A DNA stretch of 64,000 bases from an uncultured Candidatus Binatia bacterium (GTDB lineage Bacteria > Desulfobacterota > Binatia > UBA9968 > JAJDTQ01). Positions 9,842 through 23,813 of the stretch are shown here, piece by piece. The notes beneath the pieces are model-generated. The model did no database searches and had not been told where the DNA came from. It saw nothing but the letters and a program-made list of their open reading frames with translations. Location of the stretch: NCBI GenBank assembly GCA_964291295.2, contig OZ219754.1:1184001-1248000 (forward strand), in the 5' to 3' direction. The first letter of the stretch is position 1; the number at the start of each line of letters is the position of its first letter. The position numbers and the translations under genes were made by a program.

Positions 9842-12385
9842 ATGGAGCGTCAGGCTGCATCCGGCGAATCCCGCTTCAGGTACCGACCACGCGGCGCTCC
9901 GATGTTCCTGTGGCTCGCGTTGATCCTGGGTCCGCCCGGGTGCGCGGGGCTGTCTCCCGCCGCCGACAAGGGCCTCACGCCGCCGGCGGCAACCGATGTC
10001 CGGGAACAGCGCGTCACCAAGCGGGTCGTCAGCGGCGACACCCTGCCGCGGCTGCTGACGGACCTGAAGGTATCCGCACCTACCAGGAATCGCTGGCTCA
10101 AGGCCGTGGCGAAACAGGCCGGCGTGGCCAACGTCCTCAAGGCGGGGGACACCGTCAGCTTCCATTTCATCGCACCTTGGGGCGTGTCCGGTCCCGGCCA
10201 CCTTTCGGCCCTTCGCATCGAGCGCCCCGGCTCGAAGCCGTTGACCTGGCAGTTGCGCAAAGACCATATCGTCCACCACAAGGACCCGGAACTGTGGCCC
10301 ATGGTGTCCGTGGGCACCGCCCCGGCGGCCGGGTCCGGCGGACAGAAGCCGGTTGCGGGGAAGACCCTGGCGCGCAGGATGGCCAAGGCCCCCGCGGAAG
10401 CCTTGACCAGGGCCGCGCCCGCCCTCGTCAAGGTGACGCACGTGCTCCGGGAAGGGGAGAGCCTCAGCCTCGTGCTGCACGTCAGGGGGGTTGCCGGCAC
10501 GGCGGCCAAGCCGTGGATCGAGGCAGTCGGCAAACGGTACCCGCTGAGGCGGCTGTATCCGGGCCGGAAGATCGTGCTCTTTTTCTTACCGGTCTCCGGA
10601 GGCGGCGACCGGGGAACCCTGCGTGCCCTGCAGGTGGAATCAAGAGCCGGGGATCTCCTGACATGGCAGTGGAGCGGCGGGACGGTGGTGTACCGGGGCA
10701 GGAACCACCGGGTGGTGTTGGACGAGAGCGCGGCCGTTCCCGGTTCCGTACCGGCCAGGACTCCGGACGGCACGCCGCCCACTCCATCCGTCGAACCTCT
10801 GGAGAAGGTCATACATACCGTGGCCACGGGCCAGACCCTGGGCGGTATCCTGAGACCCCTGGGCGTCGCCGGCAAGGAAGGCGAGGCGTGGTTCGCCGCC
10901 ATCGACAAGCAGTACCCGGTCACCCGACTCAAGACGGGCCAGCGTCTCCATCTTTATTTCGAGGAGGCTCCCGCCAGACATCGCCGGGACAACCTGAGGG
11001 CGGTGCAGTTCGAGGTGGCGAAAGGCCGAAGTCTCAACTGGGAGCGGGTGAGGGGGAAGGTCCGTTTCAGGGGACGCGGTGCCGCCGGGCGCGGGCGGGC
11101 CGCCGGCCAGGGAGCCGCGGCGCGATCCAACGGCGCTTCGCGCGTATCGGATGACAGCTTCCTTTCCGAGTACGCGCTGGCCCGCATCAGGCAACGGAAC
11201 GGGTTGCTGGAATACACCCCGCCGCCGTACAGTTCAACGAACGGCAAACGGCCGGGGCCGTCGCTCGAGAGCGCCGAGCGCGTGACCCACAGGCTCAAGT
11301 CCGGAGAGCACCTCTGGGGTGTGCTCCGGAAGTATGAGTTGAACGAGCGGGAACGGCACCGGTGGCTTGCCGCGCTCATCCCGCACGATTACGTGCGCCG
11401 GCTCCAGGCCGGCAGCCGTATCCATTTCTTCTTCGAGCGACCCGCCAACGGCGCCGGGAACCTCAAGGCGCTGGAAGTGGTGCTGCGCTCGGACCTGCGG
11501 CTCACCTGGTACCGCAACGTCGAGGGCATCCGGTTCTACAAGGACGAGGTGCCCTACCAGCAGGAAGTACGTTCCCTGAGCGGGGTGATCACGGCCGGGT
11601 CGCTCTACGACAACGCCCGGAGCGCTGGGGTGGACCCTGCGGTGATTTCCCGCATGGTGGATGTCTTCGCCTGGGACATCGACTTTCAGAGCGACTTGCG
11701 CCCCGGTGACACCTACCGGGTACTCTACCGCAGGAAGTTCCGCCCCGGCAGCAGGGCGTCCGACCAGATCCGGATCCTGGCCGCAGAGTTCGTGAACCGC
11801 GGGCGCATGTACACGGCGGTCTACTTCGAGAGCGACGACGGGGAGGGTCACTACTACAATGCGCAGGGCCGCTCGGTGTCGCGGTCGTTTCTGCGCTATC
11901 CCGTCGACTTCAGGCGTATCAGTTCACGGTTTTCGCGGAGTCGCTTCCATCCGGTCCTGAGGGTGCGGCGCCCGCACTACGGCGTGGATTTCGCGGCGCG
12001 GACGGGCACGCCGGTAAGGGCCGTGGGGGACGGGCGCATCATCGGCGTGGGGTGGAAAGGGGGCTACGGGCGGTTGGTGGAGATCAGCCACGGAAGCGCG
12101 ATGGAGACCCGGTATGCGCATCTGAGCCGGTACGGCCCCGGGGTCCGGCGCGGCGTGTTCGTGAAGAAGGGTCAGACCATCGGATATGTCGGCTGCTCCG
12201 GGCTTTGCACCGGTCCGCACCTCCACTTCGAGATATGGCAGGACAATCGCTACGTGGACCCCTTGCGCGCCCACATCCCGGTCGAACGTCAACTCGCCCC
12301 CCTGTTGATGAACCTCTTCGAGGACACCCGGAAGTTGTTCTTCAAGCGACTGGAGGCGGATGGCAAGGCTGCGGCGCCTTCATGA
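9842..12385 (+). CDS. M23 (MepM-like) peptidoglycan DD-endopeptidase with four repeated N-terminal LysM/OapA-like domains
   Basis: HYGVDF, YAHLS, TGPHLHFE zinc motifs; possible lipobox PGC; start codon uncertain. Confidence 0.85.
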   Translation: MERQAASGESRFRYRPRGAPMFLWLALILGPPGCAGLSPAADKGLTPPAATDVREQRVTKRVVSGDTLPRLLTDLKVSAPTRNRWLKAVAKQAGVANVLKAGDTVSFHFIAPWGVSGPGHLSALRIERPGSKPLTWQLRKDHIVHHKDPELWPMVSVGTAPAAGSGGQKPVAGKTLARRMAKAPAEALTRAAPALVKVTHVLREGESLSLVLHVRGVAGTAAKPWIEAVGKRYPLRRLYPGRKIVLFFLPVSGGGDRGTLRALQVESRAGDLLTWQWSGGTVVYRGRNHRVVLDESAAVPGSVPARTPDGTPPTPSVEPLEKVIHTVATGQTLGGILRPLGVAGKEGEAWFAAIDKQYPVTRLKTGQRLHLYFEEAPARHRRDNLRAVQFEVAKGRSLNWERVRGKVRFRGRGAAGRGRAAGQGAAARSNGASRVSDDSFLSEYALARIRQRNGLLEYTPPPYSSTNGKRPGPSLESAERVTHRLKSGEHLWGVLRKYELNERERHRWLAALIPHDYVRRLQAGSRIHFFFERPANGAGNLKALEVVLRSDLRLTWYRNVEGIRFYKDEVPYQQEVRSLSGVITAGSLYDNARSAGVDPAVISRMVDVFAWDIDFQSDLRPGDTYRVLYRRKFRPGSRASDQIRILAAEFVNRGRMYTAVYFESDDGEGHYYNAQGRSVSRSFLRYPVDFRRISSRFSRSRFHPVLRVRRPHYGVDFAARTGTPVRAVGDGRIIGVGWKGGYGRLVEISHGSAMETRYAHLSRYGPGVRRGVFVKKGQTIGYVGCSGLCTGPHLHFEIWQDNRYVDPLRAHIPVERQLAPLLMNLFEDTRKLFFKRLEADGKAAAPS

Positions 12386-12681
12386 ACCGGACTGCCAAGG
12401 AAGGGCTGAACAAGGCGACGGCGCGGCATCAAGTCGCTCACGACCTGTCCCTTCCTCCATTGGTGCAGCCCCGGCGAATCCCGAATGGTTCAATATCCCG
12501 TCATGAGCCTGTCTGCCCGTGTGGGGCAGTAGCTGTCCAGGGATATTGTCGTATTTCAATGGAATAAAGGCTTGCCCGGCAGACACCGGGAAGCAGGGCG
12601 TCTCGAATCACTGATTCGGCTGGAAGGCGGGGCGCTCGAAACCCTTGCTCTCCTCAGCTCTGCCTTGACTTCGATACTTGC

Positions 12682-12784
12682 GGTTGCGGCCGCCCCTCGG
12701 GAAAGGAGCGGCCGCATGATCACCAAGCCCCAGCCCGGGCCGCAGGAGGTTGCGGCCGCCCCTCGGGAGAGGAGCGGCCGCATG
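12682..12784. repeat. Two 37-nt palindromic direct repeats separated by a 29-nt spacer
   Basis: GGTTGCGGCCGCCCCTCGGGA(A/G)AGGAGCGGCCGCATG at 12682-12718 and 12748-12784; stem TGCGGCCGC/GCGGCCGCA. Confidence 0.85.
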
Positions 12785-12798
12785 GCCGGTCGGCTCGG

Positions 12799-15018
12799 TC
12801 AGCCAATCAGGAGATCGTTGTACTCGTCCACCGTCACGAAGGCGAAATTGTCGATGGACAGTTGGTCGAACGCCACGCCCTTGAGGAGGATCTCGTTGTC
12901 GAGCTTGTTCGACGTGATCCTGACGCCGCCCGCATCCGGGTCATCCACGATCTTCAGGCCGGAAGCATCCAGGAACTTCTCCCCGTTTCCGGCCATCGCC
13001 TGCGCCTCGGTCTGCGCCAGGAAGATGATCGTGTCGTTGTCCTCGACCGAGAAGTCGGTGATGACATCGACGCCGTCGCCCGCGCGGAAGAGGAACTCGT
13101 CGGCGCCCTCGCCGCCACGCAGACGGTCGGAGCCCTCGCCGCCCTCCAGACGGTCGTTGCCGCCGTCGCCGAACAGCCGGTCGTCGCCCGCGCCGCCGGC
13201 CAGCACATCGAGAACGCCCTCGCCGCCTTCCAGCCGGTCATTGCCGTCCCCGCCGTCCAGCTTGTCGCTGCCGGCGCCGCCATACAGCATGTCGTGGCCA
13301 TTGCCGCCATTGAGTATGTCGTCGCCCTCTTCGCCATACAGCCGGTCGGCGCTGTTCCCGCCGTTGAGCGTGTCGCCGCCGGCGCCGCCGTGGAGGATGT
13401 CGTTGTTGCTATCCCCGAACAGCGAGTCACTGCCGCTGCCGCCATACAGCGTGTCCTTGCCATTGCCGCCATACAGCGTGTCGTCGCCGCCGCGCCCGTA
13501 GAGCACATCAAACGCATCCAGACCCTTGATGGTGTCGTTGCCGCTGCCGCCGATGAGCAGATCCTTCTTGTTCGTGCCCTTGATCGTCTTCCCGGCCTTC
13601 GGGTCCGGCAGTTCCTCGTTCGGATCGAAGTCCCAGATGAACTCGACCTTCGACAGGTCTTCCGCGTCGAGACCCTGGAACGCGGCAAGCTGCTTCTTCG
13701 ACTCCCCTGTACCGGTGACGAGGAAGTGCACCGCCTCGCCTTCGATGCCCCACCGCGGGGCGTCGAGGGTGCCCGCCTCGAACCGCACATCGGCCCATGC
13801 GAGACCGAGCGGCAGCCGGACATAGTCCTCAGCCACATTGAAGTCCGCGATGATGTCGGGAGCCTCGTCGGTCGTGCTGATGACGAAGATGTCCCGGCCA
13901 CTGTCGCCCCAGAGCTTGTCCTGGCCCGCACCGCCGTCGAGACGGTCGTGGCCATGGCCGCCGTAGAGATGGTCCTCGCCGGCGCCGCCGTAGAGCAGAT
14001 CGTTGCCGCCAGCGCCAACAAGCGCGTCTCTGTCCGCACCGCCGTAAAGCGTGTCGTTGCCGCGACCACCAATCAGCGTGTCGTAACCGTCCCCGCCGCG
14101 GAGAATGTCGTTGCCGTGGCCGCCATCCATATGATCACCGCCCGCGCCGCCGTCGAGCCGGTCATCGCCGCCAAAGCCTTCAATCTGGTCTTCCCAGGCG
14201 GTGCCCGAAAGGTTATCGCCCGCCTGCGTACCGTGGACCCACTCCCCGCGCTGCGTCGAGAGGCTCTGGCCGATCCAGTCGATCGCCCCATCGACGGCAT
14301 GCGGATCCTCGGGATCGACATCCACCCCGTAGTTGAGTTCGGCGAGCACCTTGTCGCCCAGCATGATCCGGAAGTGGGCATTCCCGTAGACGCCATCGGG
14401 GTGGTGAACGATCGTGGGCCTCGGTCCGTCCCCGAGACCGGTCACAATGATGGAGTCCCTGGTGTTGTTCGATCCCCACGGACGCTCGTAGTCCTCAATG
14501 TAGACGTAGCTGTCGGGGCTCAGGATGAATTTGTCCAACCCCGCGCCGCCATTGAGGATGTTTCCCCGCGGGTTTTCGACCTCCTGGTCGCTCTGCGGAC
14601 CCCTGCCCCTCGTCGTGCCGGTGAGCGCGCCGGTGCCGTCGTCCACCCGGCTGCTGTCCTTGACCCGGCCTGCAATCAGGTAGTCGGCGTCGGCGCCGCC
14701 GTAGAGACGGTCGGAGAACGCGTCCTCCCGGTTCCCGACCAGGGTGTCGCTGCCCCGGCCGCCATGGAGGACATTCATGCCGTAGCCGCCTTCGAGATAG
14801 TCTTGCCCCTCGCCGCCTTTCGCAAGGCTGCCGCCGCCGGCATCCTTGAAGTAGTCGTCGCCCCAGTTCCCCTGGAAGACGTCGTGGCCCTGCCCGCCAA
14901 GGACGTGCATCGAGCCGTAGTGACCCTCCGCGCGCGAGATGTGGTTCACCCCGGTAGTGCGGGACAGATCCAGCGTCTCCTCGCTGTCAACAAAATATTC
15001 CGTGGGTTTTTTCACCAT
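12799..15018 (-). CDS. RTX (hemolysin-type) calcium-binding repeat protein
   Basis: Three blocks of GGxGxDxLx nonapeptides, C-terminal DVITDF T1SS-type tail, no signal peptide, AGGAG RBS. Confidence 0.9.
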   Translation of the reverse strand: MVKKPTEYFVDSEETLDLSRTTGVNHISRAEGHYGSMHVLGGQGHDVFQGNWGDDYFKDAGGGSLAKGGEGQDYLEGGYGMNVLHGGRGSDTLVGNREDAFSDRLYGGADADYLIAGRVKDSSRVDDGTGALTGTTRGRGPQSDQEVENPRGNILNGGAGLDKFILSPDSYVYIEDYERPWGSNNTRDSIIVTGLGDGPRPTIVHHPDGVYGNAHFRIMLGDKVLAELNYGVDVDPEDPHAVDGAIDWIGQSLSTQRGEWVHGTQAGDNLSGTAWEDQIEGFGGDDRLDGGAGGDHMDGGHGNDILRGGDGYDTLIGGRGNDTLYGGADRDALVGAGGNDLLYGGAGEDHLYGGHGHDRLDGGAGQDKLWGDSGRDIFVISTTDEAPDIIADFNVAEDYVRLPLGLAWADVRFEAGTLDAPRWGIEGEAVHFLVTGTGESKKQLAAFQGLDAEDLSKVEFIWDFDPNEELPDPKAGKTIKGTNKKDLLIGGSGNDTIKGLDAFDVLYGRGGDDTLYGGNGKDTLYGGSGSDSLFGDSNNDILHGGAGGDTLNGGNSADRLYGEEGDDILNGGNGHDMLYGGAGSDKLDGGDGNDRLEGGEGVLDVLAGGAGDDRLFGDGGNDRLEGGEGSDRLRGGEGADEFLFRAGDGVDVITDFSVEDNDTIIFLAQTEAQAMAGNGEKFLDASGLKIVDDPDAGGVRITSNKLDNEILLKGVAFDQLSIDNFAFVTVDEYNDLLIG

Positions 15019-15209
15019 GTCTGGTACCTGTCTCCTTTGTTCAGAACGACAATTCAGAACGACAATATTCCGGCCAGTATAGCAGCAGGGGCAACTATAG
15101 CAACCCGATACCGGCTTTTTCGAGAGGGGCGCGGCCTCTTGCGGACTTTCATGGGCGGGGCGGATGATGCTGCGCTTCGCTCATCTTGCCGACCGCGATG
15201 TGGTGTCGG

Positions 15210-15279
15210 GATAGCTTGCAGGGAGGGTGTCGCGTATACCAGGAGATAGCTTGCAGGGAGGGTGTCGCGTATACCAGGA
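15210..15279. repeat. Exact 35-bp tandem duplication
   Basis: GATAGCTTGCAGGGAGGGTGTCGCGTATACCAGGA x2; nearby 14-bp duplication at 15283-15310 and 13-bp duplication at 15040-15065. Confidence 0.95.
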
Positions 15280-15311
15280 AGAAGAAGGATGGTTTGAGAA
15301 GGATGGTTTGG

Positions 15312-15380
15312 ATGCCGACGAGGTACCGTTCCCGTGACCCGAAGCGACCGCTGTGGTTGCCGCCGAGCCCTGAAGATATC
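15312..15380 (+). pseudogene. Possible IS1182-family transposase N-terminal stub
   Basis: MPTRYRSRDPKRPLWLPPSPED resembles the FRPYxPxQxLLLPPSLxD start of IS1182 transposases; very short. Confidence 0.35.
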
Positions 15381-15456
15381 CCCACCGAACTCGAGGTTGT
15401 ACAAAAATTCCCTGGAGAAATCTTCCCGGCTGCCGAAGGAGAGTGGTTGCAAGGCG

Positions 15457-16017
15457 GTGCCGACCTTGCGCGCTTTTGTCGGCGTCCGGCCAGGCGCGGC
15501 CGTGGCGGCGCGGCTTCGCGGCGTCCGTGACGATTTCGGCGTCGGAGCGGTTCGCTGGATCCCGGAGGAGAACCTCCATCTGACCCTGAAGTTCCTGGGC
15601 GACGTCGAAGAGGCCCGGGTTGGTCCCATGTGCGCGGCCTTGCGGGAGGCGCTGGCGGGCAATGGCGCGTTCTCCGCCGCAGCGAAGGGCTTGGGGGTCT
15701 TTCCGGATCCCCGGCGTCCGCGGGTGCTCTGGGCCGGCCTGAAGGCCCCGGAGTTGGCGCAGGTGGTGGAGCGGGTGGAGGGGGCGCTGGAGCCTTTCGG
15801 CGTGGCCCGGGCGGTTGCGCGGTTCCGGCCGCATCTGACCATCGGGCGCTGGCGGCAGCCGGAAACCCGGCTTGCCGGCCTTCGGGAAGCTTTGGCCCGT
15901 TGGCGGGACCGGGAGTTCGGCGAGTTCGGAGTGGAGTCGGTGACCCTTTTCCGGAGCACGCAGCGGCCGTCCGGGGCGGTGTACGATCCCCTGGAGGTCT
16001 TTCCTCTGGTATCATAG
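15457..16017 (+). CDS. thpR: RNA 2',3'-cyclic phosphodiesterase (2H family)
   Basis: [10 protein letters not shown] and FRPHLTIGR HxT motifs; immediately upstream of recA. Confidence 0.92.
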   Translation: MPTLRAFVGVRPGAAVAARLRGVRDDFGVGAVRWIPEENLHLTLKFLGDVEEARVGPMCAALREALAGNGAFSAAAKGLGVFPDPRRPRVLWAGLKAPELAQVVERVEGALEPFGVARAVARFRPHLTIGRWRQPETRLAGLREALARWRDREFGEFGVESVTLFRSTQRPSGAVYDPLEVFPLVS

Positions 16018-16048
16018 ATATCGACTGCAATCTTCCAAGGAGAATCCC

Positions 16049-17080
<1,032 letters not shown>

Positions 17081-17260
17081 CCGGCGGAGGCCACCGGTCC
17101 GGGGCGGCGGCGTTGCCCGGCATTCTCTTTTCCGGACCGCCGTCGCCTTTACCTTGATCACCAGCGGGCGCGCCGGCCGGCTCCGGCGCGGCCCCATCCA
17201 CCGGCGCGCATCCGGAGGCCGCGCGACAGCCGGTTTCGGCATCCGACAGGACATGCCGCC

Positions 17261-18643
17261 ATGGATTCAATCAGGCTCGTCAACTTCCGCTGCTTCCGCC
17301 ACCCACAGCAGGCGCGCCTCGCGCCGCTGACCCTGCTTGTGGGCGACAACGGCACGGGCAAGACGTCCTTCATGGCCATGATCCGGGCGCTCTGGCAGGT
17401 GGCCTGGGAGCACAAGGTGCCGGACTTCAAGGAAGACCCCTATGACCTCGGCAGCTTCGATGAAATCGCCCATCATCGGGGACGCGGGCGGGCCGAGCGC
17501 TTCGAAGCGGGGTTCGTGGCGATGGACTGGATCCGCAGGACGGCCGCGCGCGGAGTCCCCGCCATGCAGCCCGATCCATGCACCTTTCATGTCGTCTTTG
17601 AGCGAAGCGGCACCGCGCCCATTCCGGTGCGGCGGCGCTGGGAGTCTGGCGACCGCTGGATCGAGGAGCATCTGTCGAACAGTGGGCTTCGGGAACTTCA
17701 CATCGGCACGTCCAGGGGCTCGTGGAAGGTTGAACTCGACCGTACGTTTCCCGTGCTGGATTCAATCGGATACACGGCGCGGACTCTCCGCTTCGCATGG
17801 CCGCCTCGTCTTTCCAGATATCGCGAAGAGGACGGCACGAAATTCGCTCCTTTGAAAGACTCCCCTGAAATCAGCGACGAAGATCTGGCTCAGGCCGACG
17901 AACTTCGGTCCATCGCGTACCTCACCTTCCCCCGTCCGGCGCCTTATGCGAGCGCACCGGTACGCTCCAGGCCGCGCCGTACTTATGATCCGGCGCGGGC
18001 CGTGTCCGATCCCGAAGGGGACTACGTTCCGATGTATCTCGCCAACATGTACTTCCAGAACAAGGCCGCCTGGGCGTCCCTGAAGGAGGCGCTGGAGGGT
18101 TTCGGGCACTCGTCGGGCCTGTTCGACGAAATCGACATCATGCAGTTGGGCAAGCGGGAGAGCGAACCGTTCCAGTTGCAGATCAGGAAACGCGGCGCCA
18201 AGCTGAAAGGGCCGCCGCGCAATCTGATCGACTCCGGTTACGGTGTCAGCCAGGTGCTGCCCGTGATCACCGAACTGCTGCGCGGTGACGTGCCGTCGAT
18301 CCGTGACGCACCGTCGATGTTCCTTCTGCAGCAACCGGAGGTCCATCTTCACCCGAGCGCCCAGGCCGCGCTGGGAAGTCTCTTGTGCCGGCTTGCCGGC
18401 CCGGACAGGCAACTCATCGTCGAGACCCACAGCGACCATTTGCTCGACCGTGTACGCATGGATGTCCGCGACGAATCGGGGCACCTGACGCCCGAAGACG
18501 TATCGATCCTCTATTTCGAGCGCACCGAGCTGGATGTCCATATCCACTCCCTCAGGCTGGATGGCGAGGGGAACGTCCTGGACGCGCCGCCGGGCTACCG
18601 CCAGTTCTTCCTGGAAGAGACGCGCCGGTCCCTGGGCCTCTGA
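17261..18643 (+). CDS. ABC-type (AAA_21/DUF3696-like) ATPase
   Basis: Walker A GDNGTGKT, signature DSGYGVSQVLP, Walker B region LLQQPEVHLHP, ETHSD. Confidence 0.85.
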   Translation: MDSIRLVNFRCFRHPQQARLAPLTLLVGDNGTGKTSFMAMIRALWQVAWEHKVPDFKEDPYDLGSFDEIAHHRGRGRAERFEAGFVAMDWIRRTAARGVPAMQPDPCTFHVVFERSGTAPIPVRRRWESGDRWIEEHLSNSGLRELHIGTSRGSWKVELDRTFPVLDSIGYTARTLRFAWPPRLSRYREEDGTKFAPLKDSPEISDEDLAQADELRSIAYLTFPRPAPYASAPVRSRPRRTYDPARAVSDPEGDYVPMYLANMYFQNKAAWASLKEALEGFGHSSGLFDEIDIMQLGKRESEPFQLQIRKRGAKLKGPPRNLIDSGYGVSQVLPVITELLRGDVPSIRDAPSMFLLQQPEVHLHPSAQAALGSLLCRLAGPDRQLIVETHSDHLLDRVRMDVRDESGHLTPEDVSILYFERTELDVHIHSLRLDGEGNVLDAPPGYRQFFLEETRRSLGL

Positions 18644-18645
18644 TC

Positions 18646-19116
18646 GTGTGCGCCATTGTCGATGCGAACGTTGTCGGGGAGGTGTTCGGGCAGGACAGGC
18701 CCGAGGCCGGACAGAGGTTTTTCGAGTGGCTTGTCAGCGGAAAAGGAGTCCTCATCGCCGGCGGCAAGGTGTACGACGAACTCGGTCAGTCGAAGCGGTT
18801 CCAGGAATTGGCCCGGAGTGTGCTTCTTGCGGGGCGCCTGAGAACCGAAAACACGGCGGCTGTCGCCGAGCGGGCGCAAGCGATCAAGGATGAGGGTGCC
18901 TGCGCGTCCGACGACCCGCATGTTCTCGCCCTGGCGCAGGTCAGCGGCGCCCGTCTCTTGTACACGAACGATCGGACCCTGCAGAGAGACTTCACGAACG
19001 GGGATCTGATCGCCGGGCCGCGCGGCAAGGTCTATACGACACTCCGGAGCCAGGCATTCACGAAGACTCACAGGCGGCTGCTTTCGAACAAGGCATTGTG
19101 TCGTTCCGGACCGTAG
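18646..19116 (+). CDS. PIN-domain protein
   Basis: GTG start 2 nt after the ATPase stop; AIVDAN, SDDPHVLALA, LLYTND acidic PIN motifs. Confidence 0.75.
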   Translation: MCAIVDANVVGEVFGQDRPEAGQRFFEWLVSGKGVLIAGGKVYDELGQSKRFQELARSVLLAGRLRTENTAAVAERAQAIKDEGACASDDPHVLALAQVSGARLLYTNDRTLQRDFTNGDLIAGPRGKVYTTLRSQAFTKTHRRLLSNKALCRSGP

Positions 19117-19293
19117 CCGCCACGAGCGAGAAGGACGAGAAGGGCGAGGCGAGCGGGCCGGGCGGTCCCCGGGCCTGACGCCGACCACCTGCCCCGGCTC
19201 GACATCGAGGGTCTCCAGGGCGTGCGCGGCGAGACCGCAACGGGCCGGATCGACGTTGCCTTGGCGCTTCGGGGGATGCTATCAATGGGCGTC

Positions 19294-21941
<2,648 letters not shown>

Positions 21942-21942
<1 letters not shown>

Positions 21943-22367
21943 TGGCCATCGTCACGGTCAGACTCCACCAGCAGACCCGGGGGTTCTGCGACATCATCGA
22001 CATCACGCCAAGGGTCCGCGAGGCCTTGGGCCAGGCGGGGCTCCGCGACGGCCTCGCCAGCCTATTTGTCCGGGGCTCCACCGCCGCCCTGACCACCGTC
22101 GAGCATGAGCCCGGACTGGTCAAGGATCTCGCCGAGCTGTTCGAGCGGCTGATTCCGTCCGGCAGGGGCTACCACCATGACGACCGTTGGGGCGACGACA
22201 ACGGTTTCTCCCACCTCCGGGCGTCGCTGGTGGGGCCGTCCCTTCAGGTTCCGGTGGCGGACGGCGAACTGGTGCTGGGGACGTGGCAGCAGATCGTTCT
22301 GGCCGACTTCGACAACCGCGCCCGGCAGCGGGAGATCGTCGTGCAGTTCATGGGAGGTACGGAGTGA
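21942..22367 (+). CDS. yjbQ: YjbQ/UPF0047 family protein
   Basis: NGFSHLRASLVG, LGTWQQIVLADFD. Confidence 0.9.
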
Positions 22368-23362
22368 GTCAGGCGACGGTCGAGAGCATGCTGGCGGTGC
22401 CGCATCTCGCTTTCAGCGACCCGCGGCTGGTCCGGGAGCTGCTGGGCAACCAGGACGAGCACGTGAAGATCGTGCAGCGGGCCTTGGGCGTCCGGTTCCG
22501 GATACACGGCACCGAGATGGAGATCCAGGGCGACCGGCCCGAGTCGGAACTGGCGCGGGAGATCATGCGCCAGCTCTACGGACTGCTGGAGCGGGGATAT
22601 CCCGTCTACGGCAGCGACGTGGACTACGCCATCCGCATCCTGAGCGGCGACAGCAAGGCGAGCCTCCAGGAGATCTTCCTCGACACCATCTACATTTCGT
22701 CCCACAAGCGCACCATCACTCCCAAGAGCCTGGCCCAGAAGAGCTACATCGACGCCATCCGCGGTCACGACATCGTCTTCGGCATCGGCCCGGCGGGGAC
22801 CGGCAAGACCTATCTGGCCATGGCCATGGCCGTGTCCGAGTTGATGAAGAACAACTACGCCCGGATCGTCCTCACCCGGCCGGCGGTGGAGGCGGGGGAA
22901 AAGCTCGGCTTCCTGCCCGGCGACTTGGCCGAGAAGGTGAATCCGTACCTCCGGCCGCTGTACGACGCCATGCACGACATGGTGGATTTCGACAAGGCCC
23001 GCCGGCTGCTGGAGCGGGGCAGCATCGAGGTGGCTCCGCTGGCCTTCATGCGCGGCCGCACCCTCAACGATTCTTTCGTCATCCTGGACGAGGGGCAGAA
23101 CACCACGCCCGAGCAGATGAAGATGTTTCTCACCCGGCTGGGATATGGCTCCAGGGCGGTGATCACGGGCGACGTGACCCAGATCGACCTCCCGGCCGGA
23201 CGCCGGTCCGGGCTCAAGGAAGCCTGGCGCATCCTGCGGGGCGTGGAAGGTATCCGTTTCATCACTTTCACCGACAAGGACGTGGCCCGGCACCGGCTGG
23301 TGCAGGAGATCATCAACGCGTACGAGCGCGACAGCCGGCCCGGCGAAGACGGCGATGGGTGA
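22364..23362 (+). CDS. phoH: PhoH family ATPase
   Basis: [34 protein letters not shown]. Confidence 0.95.
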   Translation: MSQATVESMLAVPHLAFSDPRLVRELLGNQDEHVKIVQRALGVRFRIHGTEMEIQGDRPESELAREIMRQLYGLLERGYPVYGSDVDYAIRILSGDSKASLQEIFLDTIYISSHKRTITPKSLAQKSYIDAIRGHDIVFGIGPAGTGKTYLAMAMAVSELMKNNYARIVLTRPAVEAGEKLGFLPGDLAEKVNPYLRPLYDAMHDMVDFDKARRLLERGSIEVAPLAFMRGRTLNDSFVILDEGQNTTPEQMKMFLTRLGYGSRAVITGDVTQIDLPAGRRSGLKEAWRILRGVEGIRFITFTDKDVARHRLVQEIINAYERDSRPGEDGDG

Positions 23363-23813
23363 CCGTCGTACCGTCACCGTGGACGTGGTGTGCCAGGGGG
23401 CCGCCCGGAAGGTGTCGGTGCCCGGCTTCAGGGCCAAGGCGCGCCGGATCCTGCGCCTGATGGAACGGACGGACTGCGAACTCAGCGTGGCGTTGGTGGG
23501 CGACCCGGAGATACGCTGCCTGAACGGGCGCTACCGGTCGCGCGACGAACCCACCGACGTGCTGTCATTCCCGGTCGACGAACTTCTGCCATCCGGCCGG
23601 CGGCTCATCGGGGACGTGGTCATCTCCGTGGAGAAGGCGGCCCGGCAGGCGCGGCAACGGCGCCGGTCACTGGGTGACGAGTTGGAAGTGCTGCTCATAC
23701 ACGGCATCCTGCACAACCTGGGCTATGACCACGAGCGCTCGGCCGCAGACGAGCGGGAAATGCAGGCCCTGGAACGGCGGCTGCGCAGAAGCCTCAGGGA
23801 GGGCAGGCCGTAG
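23355..23813 (+). CDS. ybeY: rRNA maturation RNase YbeY
   Basis: PTDVLSFP, HGILHNLGYDH. Confidence 0.95.
   Translation: MGDRRTVTVDVVCQGAARKVSVPGFRAKARRILRLMERTDCELSVALVGDPEIRCLNGRYRSRDEPTDVLSFPVDELLPSGRRLIGDVVISVEKAARQARQRRRSLGDELEVLLIHGILHNLGYDHERSAADEREMQALERRLRRSLREGRP

Noticed and set aside
12682-12784. Calling the repeat pair a CRISPR array
   Set aside because: Only two units, no cas genes and no typical GAAA(C/G) end; kept as a repeat
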